This document shows, one piece after another, positions 39,676 to 51,700 of a stretch of 64,000 nucleotides of DNA. The stretch is from Felis catus (Eukaryota), in the NCBI RefSeq assembly GCF_018350175.1, contig NC_058369.1, forward strand, positions 14,386,001 to 14,450,000, given 5' to 3'. Position 1 is the stretch's first letter. Each line of letters opens with the position of its first letter. The position numbers and the translations under genes were made by a program. The notes beneath the pieces were generated by a model. That model searched no databases. It was given only the letters and a program-made list of their open reading frames with translations, and had not been told where the DNA came from.

Positions 39676-42600
39676 GTGAGCGCGGACCCGGCCGCGAGGG
39701 AGGAGGCGCGGGCTCTTTTCGGGGCCTGGGCTGACGGACTGCGACCCCGGCGGGCAGGGGCCTCCTGGCCCGTCTTCGGGGGCCTGGGGCGCGACTTCAG
39801 GACGAGCAGCAGGACCCCGAAGCCGCCAGCCTCTCAGGGCACCCGAGGGCCTTTCTCTGTACCTTACTTAACGTCTTTGGTGACACGCAGGGCCCCAGGA
39901 CCCCGCTCAGGGTACTCGAGAGTTGTCTCATCAGGAGCAATAGGGTCCCCACAGGATTTCGGGAGGATATCATCTTGTTGGCGCCCATGGGAACGCCACC
40001 AGATCTGCCAGTGGGTCCTGCAGCTTCCAGCTCTCCAGGGCTCAGCCCCGGGGGCATCATCATGACCGTTCCTTCCAGAAGTGACTCAGGATAGGGGAGG
40101 GTCAAGGTGACAGTTCAGACAGTTCAGGCATCCCTTGGGAGCCTGAAGTTTGGTCTCTTCAGGAAACCTAAGAAGGCATCCTCTCCCTAGACCCGGAAGT
40201 CTGATAGAAGTATCTGGAGGGTATTAAGCCCCTATCACTGATGCAGGAGGCGTAGATGGGAGGCAGAGGCTCAGAGAGAAGAGGTTAAGATCCTGTAAGG
40301 AGGCAGAACTCGGGGGGCCTACATTCCAGGACCATTTGGTGGAGTGGGGTGGGGGATGTCTAAGCTTCTGCTTTTTCTGTATCCATGGTGACTTCTCTTC
40401 CTCCCACCATCTGTTTAGTCTGTCCCCTTCAGAAGAAAGACCCCATCCCCCCGTCTGGACTTGTGGGATCTCGGTGCTTCAAAGAATGTGGGACAGTGGC
40501 CGTCATTGTGCCTCTTCTGGCCTTGGCGTTGTTTCTTATCACGGGAACACTGTGCTCCTGTCAGACCGGGCCTCCATTTGCCACTTACCCAGCTTTATTC
40601 TGCTTAGAGATTCCTCGAGAAGAATCAACTTAAGTTTTTTATTTATTTACTTTTAATTTCTTTTAATGTTTATTTTTCCTTTTTGAGAGAGAGAGATGGA
40701 GGGCAAGCAGGGAAGGGGCAGAGAGAGAGGGGGAGACACAGACTCCGAAGCAGGCTCCAGGCTCCCGGCACAGAGTCCAACGCAGGGCTCGAACCCACGA
40801 ACCGTGAGATCATGACTTGAGCCAAAGTTGGAAGCTTAACTGACTGACCCACCCAGGCGCCTCTTTATTTTTTTTTTAAGTTTATTTATTTATTTTGAGA
40901 GAGAGAGAGAGCGAGCCTGAGTGGGGGAGGGGCAGAGAGAGAGGAAAGAGAAAGAATTCCAATCTGCGCTGACGGTGCAGAGCGCAATGCAGAGCTCGAT
41001 CTCAGACCGTGAGATCAAGACCTGAACTGACATCAGCAGTTGGATGCTTAACCGACGGAGCCATGCAGGCGCCCCAAGAATCAAATGTTCAGAACTTACT
41101 GATCTGCGGTAAATCCGGGCCCACCTGTGGCCAGTAATGAATTGCCTTTGGGAAGATATCAGATCTTTGCAAACTGTAGAGAGTTGGAAGGGGACTTTAG
41201 TCCTTCCTTGATCATCTCCCTTGTTTTAGGAGTGAGGCAGTATGGGTTCAGAGAGATGAAGTGATTTGCCCAAAGCTACACAGCAAGTTATTAACAAAAC
41301 TGGCTCAACCCTGGGCTCAAGGTCACCAACTTCAGTGCCAAGACAATAAGTCATTATTGTTTCTATGAAGTTTCTTTTTCTTTTCCTTTTCCTTTTCTTT
41401 TATTATTATTTTTTGGCGTTTATTTTGAGAGAGAGCACGAGTAGGGGTGGGGCATAGAGAGAGGGGGAGAGAGGGAATCCCAAGCAAGCTCCACACTGTC
41501 AGTGCAGAGCCTGATGTGGGGCTCGAACCCACAAACTGTGAGATCATGACCTGAGCAGAAACTAAGAGTCGGACTCCTAACTGACTGAGCCACCCAGACG
41601 CCCCTAGGTTTGGTTGTTTTTTTTTTTTTTTTTTTTCCCCTTTTATTCATTCCGCAGATATTCAGCTCACATCAGGTGCCAAGCTCTATTCTAAGGGCTA
41701 TGGATCAGGGATGACTAAAATAGTCCCTGTCAACGTGAGCTTATGTTTTAGTAAAGAAGACAAACATTGGATATGTAGTAAAAGGTTAGGCACTGGTAGA
41801 AGAACCGTGGAAAATATGGTCCAGGGTGAAGAGATGGAGTTGATGGGGAGCTTTTTTTGGCAGAGGTAGTGGGAAAGTCTATTTGTAGGCGTGACATTTG
41901 AGCAAAGGCCTGAATGGGATGGGGAAAGCAAACCTGGAGAACAACTCAGGATGTCAGGTCGATCCTGTGACGGGATAGTGTAAGGTCTCTCCTAGGCAGT
42001 GATGAGGCTGAGATTAGATGAAGCCCCAGACTTCCTTAGGTGTGGGGGTGCTGGAGACTGACTGCTTAGACCTGGTGGCCCAGTGCCTTCAGTGAATTGA
42101 GGTTCTGAAGCTCTCGTCTCTGGATTAACGACAAATTCTGCCACCTTCCTTGCTCAAGGGTCATTCACTCTTTTTCTAGCAGTGGTTCATAGTTGCTGTG
42201 TATGTGGTCACATTTTGCCCACCCAGTGCTGGGCAGGGGAAGCAGCCATGCCTCGGATTACTTCCTTGTAGCCTCTGGGCTTTTGGACCCATGATTTAAA
42301 CCCTTATGCTTGTGAAGCACCTTCCCTTGATTTGACAGAACCCTGAATCTTGCGGGGTTTTCCACAGAGCCACAAGGTCGCCTCTGTAGCTCACACTGAC
42401 ATTATACTTGGAAATCCCTTCCTTTCTGTTGGGTGTATCCCCAGCTGGGAATTTGTCCAGATTTCAGTTAAAGTGCTGCTCTCCACGCTGTTTTCTTTCT
42501 GCAATTGTGTGTTATCTCCTATTGTGTTGCAACATAAGCATGCTTTATCTTTGCTCTTTATTGGTCCTGTGATTTCCCCCAAATCAGGGTGCTATCAACT

Positions 42601-42742
42601 TTTACTCGTTCTTACCCAGACTCGCTCAATAAAAAAATCGGAATATATTCTTCTTTTAGAAGTGGTTTGTTTCTAGTTCTGAAGAGCAAATGGCCAAAGA
42701 AGTTCCAGTTTCTTTTCAGGGAGCCAACACAGGGTATCAAAA

Positions 42743-42778
<36 letters not shown>

Positions 42779-45700
42779 TAAACTCTACCCCTAACATGGG
42801 GCTTGAACTCACAAACCTGAGATATAGAGTTGCATGCTCCACCGACTGAGCCGGCCAGGTGCCCCAAAACCTTTTTTTTTTTTTTTTTAATTTTATTTTA
42901 ACATAAATGCAGTATTTTATGACTATTTTCTCCTTGATCATTCCTCTTGCTGTTATTTTCTGAACACGTTTTCTCTAACTTGAGTGCTTTAGGTAAAACT
43001 TTTTTTTTAAGTGTTTATTTATTTGTTTTGAGAGAGGGCAGGGGAGGAGCAGAGAGAGGGAGAGAGAGACAATCCCACCTAAACTTAGTACCACATTCAG
43101 CTTCCCTGTTATTTTCACATCTTTTGCTTTCTCTCTGAGAAATCCCCAATCTCCCTGTTAATCACTTTTTTTTTTAATACAAAGTTAGGTTATTTATCCT
43201 CTGTTTGCTTACTGTCAGCATCTAAACTGCCTCAACTGCATTTGTAACCTGTGTAGAAAACCTATAACATCCCCATTGGCTTCATCAATTGACCAACTTT
43301 GGAAGAATCCTCCATTAAGTGTTTCCATCAAAGGTATGGAGGCTGTTTCTCCCTTTGCTCAGCAGCTTGCTTGCTTTTTTTTTCTCCTTAAGATTTTATT
43401 TTTAAGTAATCTCTACACCCAGCGTGGCGCTTGAACTCACAACCCCAAGATCAAGAGTTGCGTGCTCTTCCAAATGAGCCTGCCAGGCGCCCCTCAGCAG
43501 CTTTCTTTGAGGTCCCAGCTGTTGGTCTCTCATTGGTTCCTGCCTCTATGGGCCCTTGGAGCCCCTGCTGGCTTCTTCACTCCCTGGGTCTGCTCAACAA
43601 CTCCTGTAGCTCTTATGGTGCATGACTGGACACTTCACCTGAGAGTCTCCCCTTTTAGATTATGGTTTTGGCAGTGATGTATGTGTGTGTGTGACCAGAA
43701 TTTTGGGCTGCTCTGGGACTCCTGATCCCAGTTCATGATTATAAGAGATGTCTCTTTCCTGAGAAATCTCTTGGCTAGAGAATGTGTGAAGTTGTCTTCT
43801 GCAGGTTCTTTCATACTGTATTCCTTGTCATTTCATTTTCACCTGGGATTTCCTCTTGCTGAACACCTATTCTTGGGTATATTTTCAGTCTCCGCTGGCC
43901 TAATTTTTACACCGTTGTTCCAGCAAACAGTCCCATTTCAGTCATTTGCACATCCTCTGCGGAGTCAGGAGAATCTTTGTGTCTGTACTTAGATGTAGAT
44001 CTATACCCCCTTAACTAAGCTTTTGATCACATTTCCTCTTTATTCTTTGGTCAAGAAAGGCAGCATCATCCTTAGACTTTGCTGATTCGAATGCCACGGA
44101 GGAATAAATGCGGCTTCTCTGGAATGAATTGTGCATTATTTTCTATAATCTAGGTAGTCATTCATTATACAGTGATTTGTTTTGACTGTGGTATCCCACA
44201 TCCATGCCATATTTGCTTACTCGTTGAGTTTGGAGTGGAGCTGCTTTTCAGGGGTGGTTTCACTTACCTGACTTAGAAAGTAGCTCCAAACTGTGTCATC
44301 CAGATGCCTGTTAATTTCACTTCCAGGTTTGTTTTGTTGTTGTTATCATTGTTGTTTTTAATTTATTTTGTGAGAGAGAGAGAGAGAGAGCAAGCACGAG
44401 TGGGGAAAGGGCAGACAGAGAGACAGAGAATACCAAGCAGGTTCCATGCTGTCAGCACAGAGCCCAACACAGGGCTCCACCCTACAAACCGTGAGATCAT
44501 GACCTGAGCCAAAACCAAGAGTCAGACACTTAACCGACTCAACCACCCAGGCTCCCCCACTTCCAGGTTTAACCTGAGAATCTCTGGTTTACCTTCTCAG
44601 CACGTGATTAAATGCTTCCCTAAGGCCCGAAAAGACTTAGTTCTGGGCCTTTCATCAGCAGGCATGGCTGGAGCAGATCTTTCATCCTTCAGCATCATGT
44701 CCTGCCAAATTCCATGCCCCATCGCTGGGAGCAAAACCTTGTGCAGAAAGTGTATTTGCAGAGCTTGGCGTTAAGCATTTTCATGGAAGAGTGTGGTCTG
44801 TGCTTCCTCCTGTTTTCATTTCTATTTTCTTCACTCTCACTCTCTGTCTCCTCTGAATTCAGGATGTGAAATCTGTCTAGGAACCATCCCTTCACGGTTC
44901 CACCAACTCGTCCCCCTGCCTCCCCTCCAACCCCTGATTCTTCCTCTTCCTGCTTGGGAATCACTGAGGTATTGGTGCCACCTTCTACATGCCAGGCTCT
45001 GCATGTGGTCTTCTTGGGGACGCTGTCTCATTGGATCCTCAACAAACCCATGAGATAGGGACCACTTCCAACTTGCCAGTGACATTGCTGAAGGGGTCTC
45101 TCCTAGTCAGGGTCACACAGCAGAAAGAGGCAGGCTGGCTTCTAAGTGCTGAGCTTCCATCCCAAAGGAGTTGCAGTCGATAACTATTTCTGTACATTTT
45201 TGTGGTTTAAAAACCTGATTTAAAAAATTTATCTGTATTTTGAGGTACAAGAAGCCTTGACACTCTCTCAGCCCTGGATGGAATCTTCAGGCATGAGAGA
45301 GAGATGCTCATTCAAGCTCTTCCACCCCTCATAGCTTGTACTGATTCTGTGGTGCCCCTCACTTATCCTGAGAGCCCCAAGGTGACCTCAGGAATTTCTA
45401 ATATGTTAGTTTATATCCCTGTCCGGCACCTGCAGGCTGCCCAGCAGTGAGAGGCTCTGACTTTGGCTTCTTTCCCGTCATGAGGCAAGAGATATAAAGC
45501 TATTTTTTAGCATTACGCCATAAAATATAGATGGGGTAGCAACTTTGTATAAAATAGGAGCCTTAGATAAGGTATCCTCTGTACTTCAATTGTGAGGTAT
45601 GTTTTCTGAAGTCTACATATTTCTGGTTTGTGAATCTAGTCAAGTGTTACAAAGACACAAAAGTGAAGCCATTTGTTCCTTGACAGTTGTTTGACTGACA

Positions 45701-48700
45701 GTCCGGGGAAAGTGACTGAGTTGCCCTGACAAGGGCCAGTCTTGTAGCTCTCCCAGCCCAACCATGTCTCCAGTCACACAGGTTCCTCCACTGGTTTGCC
45801 CTCTCCTTCCAACTGGTGGCCTTCAGGAGCCTCTCTTGTTACGCTGACCTTCCCTGTGGGGAGGAAGTGGTTCTATAGAAAGCACACCCCGACTTCTGTA
45901 TTTATGGGCTCCATTGACGTCACCCGTTTGACTGAAACGGGCCTGGCCTCCATGGGAACCCTGAGCCCCTTCTGTCCCTGCTGCAGGGGGGCCTTGGGAG
46001 GGGACACGCAAGTTGGCTGCAGAAAGCCTTTTGCCTGGGCTCTACATGTGTGTACGTGCATGTGTGTCAGGAAGGACCCCTGTCAGTAGTGCTGGGGCTT
46101 TTTTTGGTCTCCATTCCTTTCACCTGCCCCCACAGTGCCTCCTTCTGGCCCACCTATATTTTGCAGGCAGCTGGTGTCAGAGGCAGTTCCAAGTCTTTCC
46201 CTGCTCTGCGATTTCCTGACCACCATTCACCCTAGGCCCAGAGGCATCTCTGTTCCTAAGACCAGCGGCCCCTTGGGCCCCTCTTCCTCCCTTCGCATTC
46301 TCTTTGCTGTCTCTAGGTGCTCTTAAACCCAGATCTGATTAGGTGCTTCTGTTTTATGACTCTGACTGAGATAGGCTCCAGGAATGATATTGGGGCATTT
46401 TGATCCATAGGCAGGGCTGCCACATTAATGGTACAGAGATCCATTGGGCCTTCCAGCCTGACCTTCCTGCCTTCCGTCTTTTTCATGGGTTCTCCTCTGC
46501 CTGGGGCATCTCCCACTCTCGCTTTGCCTGGGGACACCTCCCCCTCACTTTCTACACCATCACCCTCAAGGCCCAACCCAGGCTGTCATCCACGCACACA
46601 CTGTTCTCCCACAGAGCATAGTGAGTCAAGGTCTTCTGTTCGGCGCTGGATCCTCCCGCCAGCAGTTGCCAAGACTCTGAATGTAGGATGAGTGGGTCGG
46701 CAAGGACAGTGTCAGTTGCATGCTTGGGTCCTAGGTGGTCTGACAGAGTGTGGTTGGTGTAGTTCATGTGGTGGACTGGCCCATGCACACCCTCACCAGT
46801 GCCTCCTGTTGGAACGTGGAACTGCAGGGCACAGCAGTCTCCAAGTGGGAGCATGTCATCTGAACCCTGTGCTGGTGTGTGTGCCAGCAGAGAAGAACAG
46901 TGAGGTCAGGTCTTAGAACTGTCCCCACAATCTCTGGCTGGATTTTGCCCACACCACTCCTTCTTGGAGCTCTCCTGTGTCCACTCTGAGGCTAGCTTTG
47001 CTCATTTCCAAGCATCTTTTAAAGTGGAAGATTTTTGGTGCACCATGGTGGCTCAGTCGGTTAAGCGTCCGACTTTGGCTCAGGTCATGATCTCATGGTT
47101 CATGGGTTCGAGCCTCACATCGGGCTCTGTGCTGACAGCTCAGAGCCTGGACCCTGCTTCAGATTCTGTGCCTCCCTCTTTCTCTCTACCCCTCCTCCAC
47201 TCGTGCTCTGTCTCTCCCTCTCTCAAAAATAAATAAACGTTAAAAAAATTTAAAAAAAATAAAGTGGAAGATTTTTTTTTAATGTCCATTCATTTGTTTT
47301 GAGAGAGCCACGTGTGTGTGCACAAGCAGAGGAGGGGCAGAGAGTGAAGGAGAGGGATCAATCTCATGACCACTACATAATGACCTGAGCCAACATCAAG
47401 AGTCAGACACTCAACTGACCAAGGCACCCAGATGCCCATGGCATCTTTTTTTTTTTTTTAACATTTATTTATTTTTGAGAGAGAGACAGAGCATCAACGG
47501 GGGAGGGCCAGAGAGAGAGGGAGACACAGAATCTGAAACAGGCTCCAGGCTCTGAGCTGTCAGCACAGAGTCTGACACGGGACTTGAACTCACGGACCGC
47601 GAGATCATGACCTGAGCCGAAGTCAGACGCTTAACTGACTGAGCCACCCAAGCGCCCCCATAAGCATCTTGTAAGTGTCACTGCTTCAGGAAGGACTGAC
47701 ACCTGCAGACCCACTCTCCAGTTGTAACTGATTTCTTGTGTCACTGTCTGCCAGCTGTCAGTGTACTGCAGTGAGTGGTACAGCGGGGCTGTCTATACTC
47801 CTGAAGCATCTCTGCTTTGGTGGGAGGGGGCTCCAAATCTGACTCTGGAGGCTGGCAGGACAGAAAACTGCTGTCCGAAGGAGGAGCAGGTGCTCATTTT
47901 TCCCATCCTTTCAGGCCGAGCAGGTCACCTTCCCCCTTAACTGAGCACCTGGAGATTTTGGTGACAGGACGACCTGTGTAAACCCTGAAGTGGAGCCAGT
48001 AAGCAGGCATCAAGTGTTTGAGAATTAATTCTTTTTTCTTTTTCTTTTCAGTGGTTGATATCGCAGCAAGTATCCTTTTCCTGTTGGTACTGTTCCCTTT
48101 AAGGAAAGCTCCATTTGAAAAAAATAATAATAATAAAGATTGTATTGCAAACTTGAACGCCCCCCCCCCATAAAGCACCCCAGAGTTTTAGGCTTTGCCC
48201 CACCTAAAGAATCCCTTCTTCGATGTGGCCACCCTTATGGACCAGCATGGCATGCCTGGGTGCCATGCTCCTCTGTATGTCCTATCAGCTAGCTCTGCAC
48301 CCAGGTGGCACCAAAACTAGGGACTGCTGGAGGAGAACGTGAACTTGAGGTTTCAGAACAGGCAAGGATGTTTCTCTCCCACCAGCCGCTGTAACATAAG
48401 AACCCCAAGTTGTGGCCCTTGTAAACTGACCACTTTGCAGTGCCTCTCCTTCCTTAACTGGATGTTATTAGATCCAGCAGTTTGAAGATGTTAAGTTTGA
48501 AGCAGCAAGTCTTTTGTCCGAGCTGTACTGTCAAGAGGTAAGAACAAGGTTTCTGAAAGCAAAGTCACTTTCCCTGTAGTAAAGGCACAATGACAAACTG
48601 TGGCTCTCAGGAGTGGCCTCTCTGCTGGCTTTTAATACTTCCCATTACTTTTCTACCTCCGGTGCCCTGGCACAGAGCATCCATGAGTCGTCACCTGCTA

Positions 48701-51700
48701 ACGAAAGCCAGCAAAATCTTTTTACCAAAGGCTGTTGGAAAACAGCCTTGTTCCTCGGTTTAAGGTGATTAGTTCCTAACAAGTCCATATGCCTTCTTAA
48801 CCTGGTTGTGATCTCAGGCATAGCTGAAAATCACCTTTCCTCACTTTGAGCAGTCACGTGGGAGGCTCCCTGGGCAGCAGGGACTACATACTTCACATCC
48901 CTGGCCCCTCTTCTCTGGTTGTAGAACAGGAAAGATGGTAATTTGTTGTCTAATTTGACTGTTCGGGATTTTGGACTAAAGTTAGTTGAATGAGGAGTTA
49001 TTTTAAGAGGAATGCAAAAACTTCCCAGCCAGTGAGTCCAATAAAATCTTTTCTTCTTTTAATAAAGTAAATTGGCAACCCACAGATCCTTTGGTGAGCG
49101 TGAACAGGAGTGGCCTTCTGGCGCCACAGCTGCTGCATAAGGAATCCAGCTTGCTTGCCGGCTTGTTTTTTCCTTCCCAAACTTGACTGTTTCCTTTCAG
49201 AATTCTGTAGACACAGCAAAGCCACTGTTGCGGAAAGCGATCCAGATCTCACAGCAGACTCCATACTGGCACTGCCGCCTGCTCTTCCAACTTGCTGTGA
49301 GTACCATGGACCCAGCCAAGAAGCATGGGGGCCCAGCAGGGGCTGTGACCTTGGGGCAGGTGTGCCCCAAGTACAAATAACAAACTCCAGGACACACAGA
49401 CCCTCCTCAAGCTGCTGCACTGCATGGGTGGGGACACAGGGACATTTCTTTTACCTGCTAACCAGCCTCCGTCCTTGGCAGTACCCCCACCCCCAAACAG
49501 CCAGCACCTAAGGTGATGGTGGGAGTGTCCATCCCCCTGGGGGCTGACACAGGGCCTTGTCTTCATGTTCCCCTCTCTCCTGGTGCTTCATTTGGCCTGT
49601 GTTCATTTAAATATGGGGAGGGGCGCCTGGATGGCTCAGTCGGTTAGGCATCCGACTCTTGGTTTTGGCTCAGGTCATAATCTCACAGATTCATGAGTTG
49701 GAGCCCCCCATTAGGCTCTGTGCTGGTGGCGTGGAGCCTGCTTGGGCTTCTGTCTCTCCCTCTCTCTCTGTCCTTACTCCACTCACACTGTCTCTGTCTT
49801 TCTCAAAAATAAGTAAACTTGGGGCGCCTGGGTGGCTCAGTCGGTTAAGCATCCGACTTCAGCTCAGGTCATGATCTCACACTCCATGAGTTCGAGCCCC
49901 GCGTTGGGCTCTGTGCTGACAGCTCAGAGCCTGGAGCCTGCTTCAGATTCTGTGTCTCCCTCTCTCTCTGTTCCTCCCCTGTTCATGCTCTGTCTCTCTC
50001 TGTCTCAAAAATAAATAAAAACATTAAAATAAATAAGTAAACTTTAAAGTTTTTTAAATAAAAATAAATTTGTTTGGGGAGCATTTCTTGCCAGTAGCCC
50101 ACTGTGTTTTGTAAGGACTGAGCTGAGATTGCCACTAACCTATTGGGCAATGAATGCCTGAGTCAAGCCTGGGCTCCGTGTAGGTCCTCCCTTCGTCTCC
50201 CCAGATATAGGTCGTCCCTGTATTCTGAGACACTCAATTGGTTGGGGGGCTTTCTAGGCTGGGCCTTCCTGGCTGCAGTGGAGGGGCCTGCCGGCTGGGG
50301 ATCAAGATGAAGGACAGTAGGCTCTACTGTGAGGGACACCTCTTTTGTGGTGGGCTCTGCCCATACCTCCCCCTCATTGGCTGGATTCCAGTCTCTCCTG
50401 TCTCAGAACCTCCCTGCCCCCCAGGCTGCTCTCACCTACCCTTCATGACACAGCCCTGTCACCTGCCTGTACAGCCGGACTGTGAGTCACCCGAGTCATT
50501 GGGCACCACATGCATGTAGGAACCCAAGCTCTTGACCAAGGCCCTGCAAGTGTACCTTCCTTTGAACCTGTTAAAGCCTCTCTGTTTGAAACATCTATAG
50601 GCACTTAATGCCTGAGGGAGTCCCTCCTTGCTTGGGGCTCCTCTGGCCACCTCCCTAGTGACTGCCCCCAAAGGCAATCTGCAAAGCACACAGACACACT
50701 CACAAAGTCTTAGGGGTCTATGCCCATAAGTATTAACTGCTGGCTCTGTGAGCCGTTAAGCTTAAATGAGGTACGCTGTAGGTGAAGTGGAGTTCTGTAC
50801 CCAAAGCAATTAATGTGATGAGATAATTTGGTTGATTTAGCTCATAACTGACATTAAGACAATTTTGTTGGGGTGTGGGGAGGTTCAGTTTTAAGTCACC
50901 AACAGAGCACTGAGGTCAGGTAGTAGGTGCCATAAAGTAAGCGTCATTGCTCTCTCTCCTTTTTAGCAACTGCACACGCTTGAGAAGGACCTGGTGTCAG
51001 CCTGCGACCTCCTGGGCGTGGGGGCTGAGTATGCCCGAGTTGTGGGATCTGAGTATACACGGTAGGCACCCTCTATCCACACTCCTCTCCCCCTTGGAAA
51101 CAGCTGGCTGTCTTGTCCTGGACAACAAAGAGAATTGGCATTCTGGCTCGAAAGAGGGATCACTTTGGTGCATAGTAAAAAAATGTGGCGATTAAAGCAG
51201 CACCAGACATCTCTTGCCCCATCGATTTATGAAGTTGGAGGGGAGAAGCTACTGACAAGGGGAGAGCAGCCCGCATTCTCAGTGCTTGCAAGAACGTAGC
51301 GTCTCTTAAAATAAAAAGCGTTCGTATGATGTGCTGGGCTGGCCCCTTTCTGGCACAGATGCAAGAGCAGTGCCCCCAGAAGGTGATGTGCTTGGCAGTG
51401 CCTGTGGGCAGCCCCAGTGTCCCAGCTTTTAGATGTACAACAGGAGACAGAATGAGTGGACGTTCGTGTAAAAGAGGGGACGTAGGTTCATGTTACCCAC
51501 AGAACTGCTTAGACCAAGGTCTGGAGACTGGTGCCTTGGGATCAGGGGTCAGAGGGCACTGGTGCTTCATTGTGTACCCTCCATGAAGGTGTCCGGTCTG
51601 TCTGCCTCTTTTCCTGTTGAAGAGAAGAGCCCTCTGCAGTAGACAGGCACAGACAACAGTGCTCTTATTCTGTTGTATGCATTGGGGTTCTGGAAAGTTA

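Noticed and set aside
39025..40065. 346-aa ORF, including an in-frame upstream ATG at 39283
   Set aside because: It is MAU2 exon 1 plus stop-poor GC-rich flanks. The upstream ATG lies inside a promoter motif, probably before the start site, and the 3' part is intron read-through.
45572..45580. U12-like GTATCCTCT in MAU2 intron 1
   Set aside because: Imperfect consensus and no supportable upstream exon.
12808..47658. SINE strand bias (mostly antisense in SUGP1 and MAU2 intron 1)
   Set aside because: Partly explained by insertion into the A-rich L1 strand, and the pattern reverses in later MAU2 introns.
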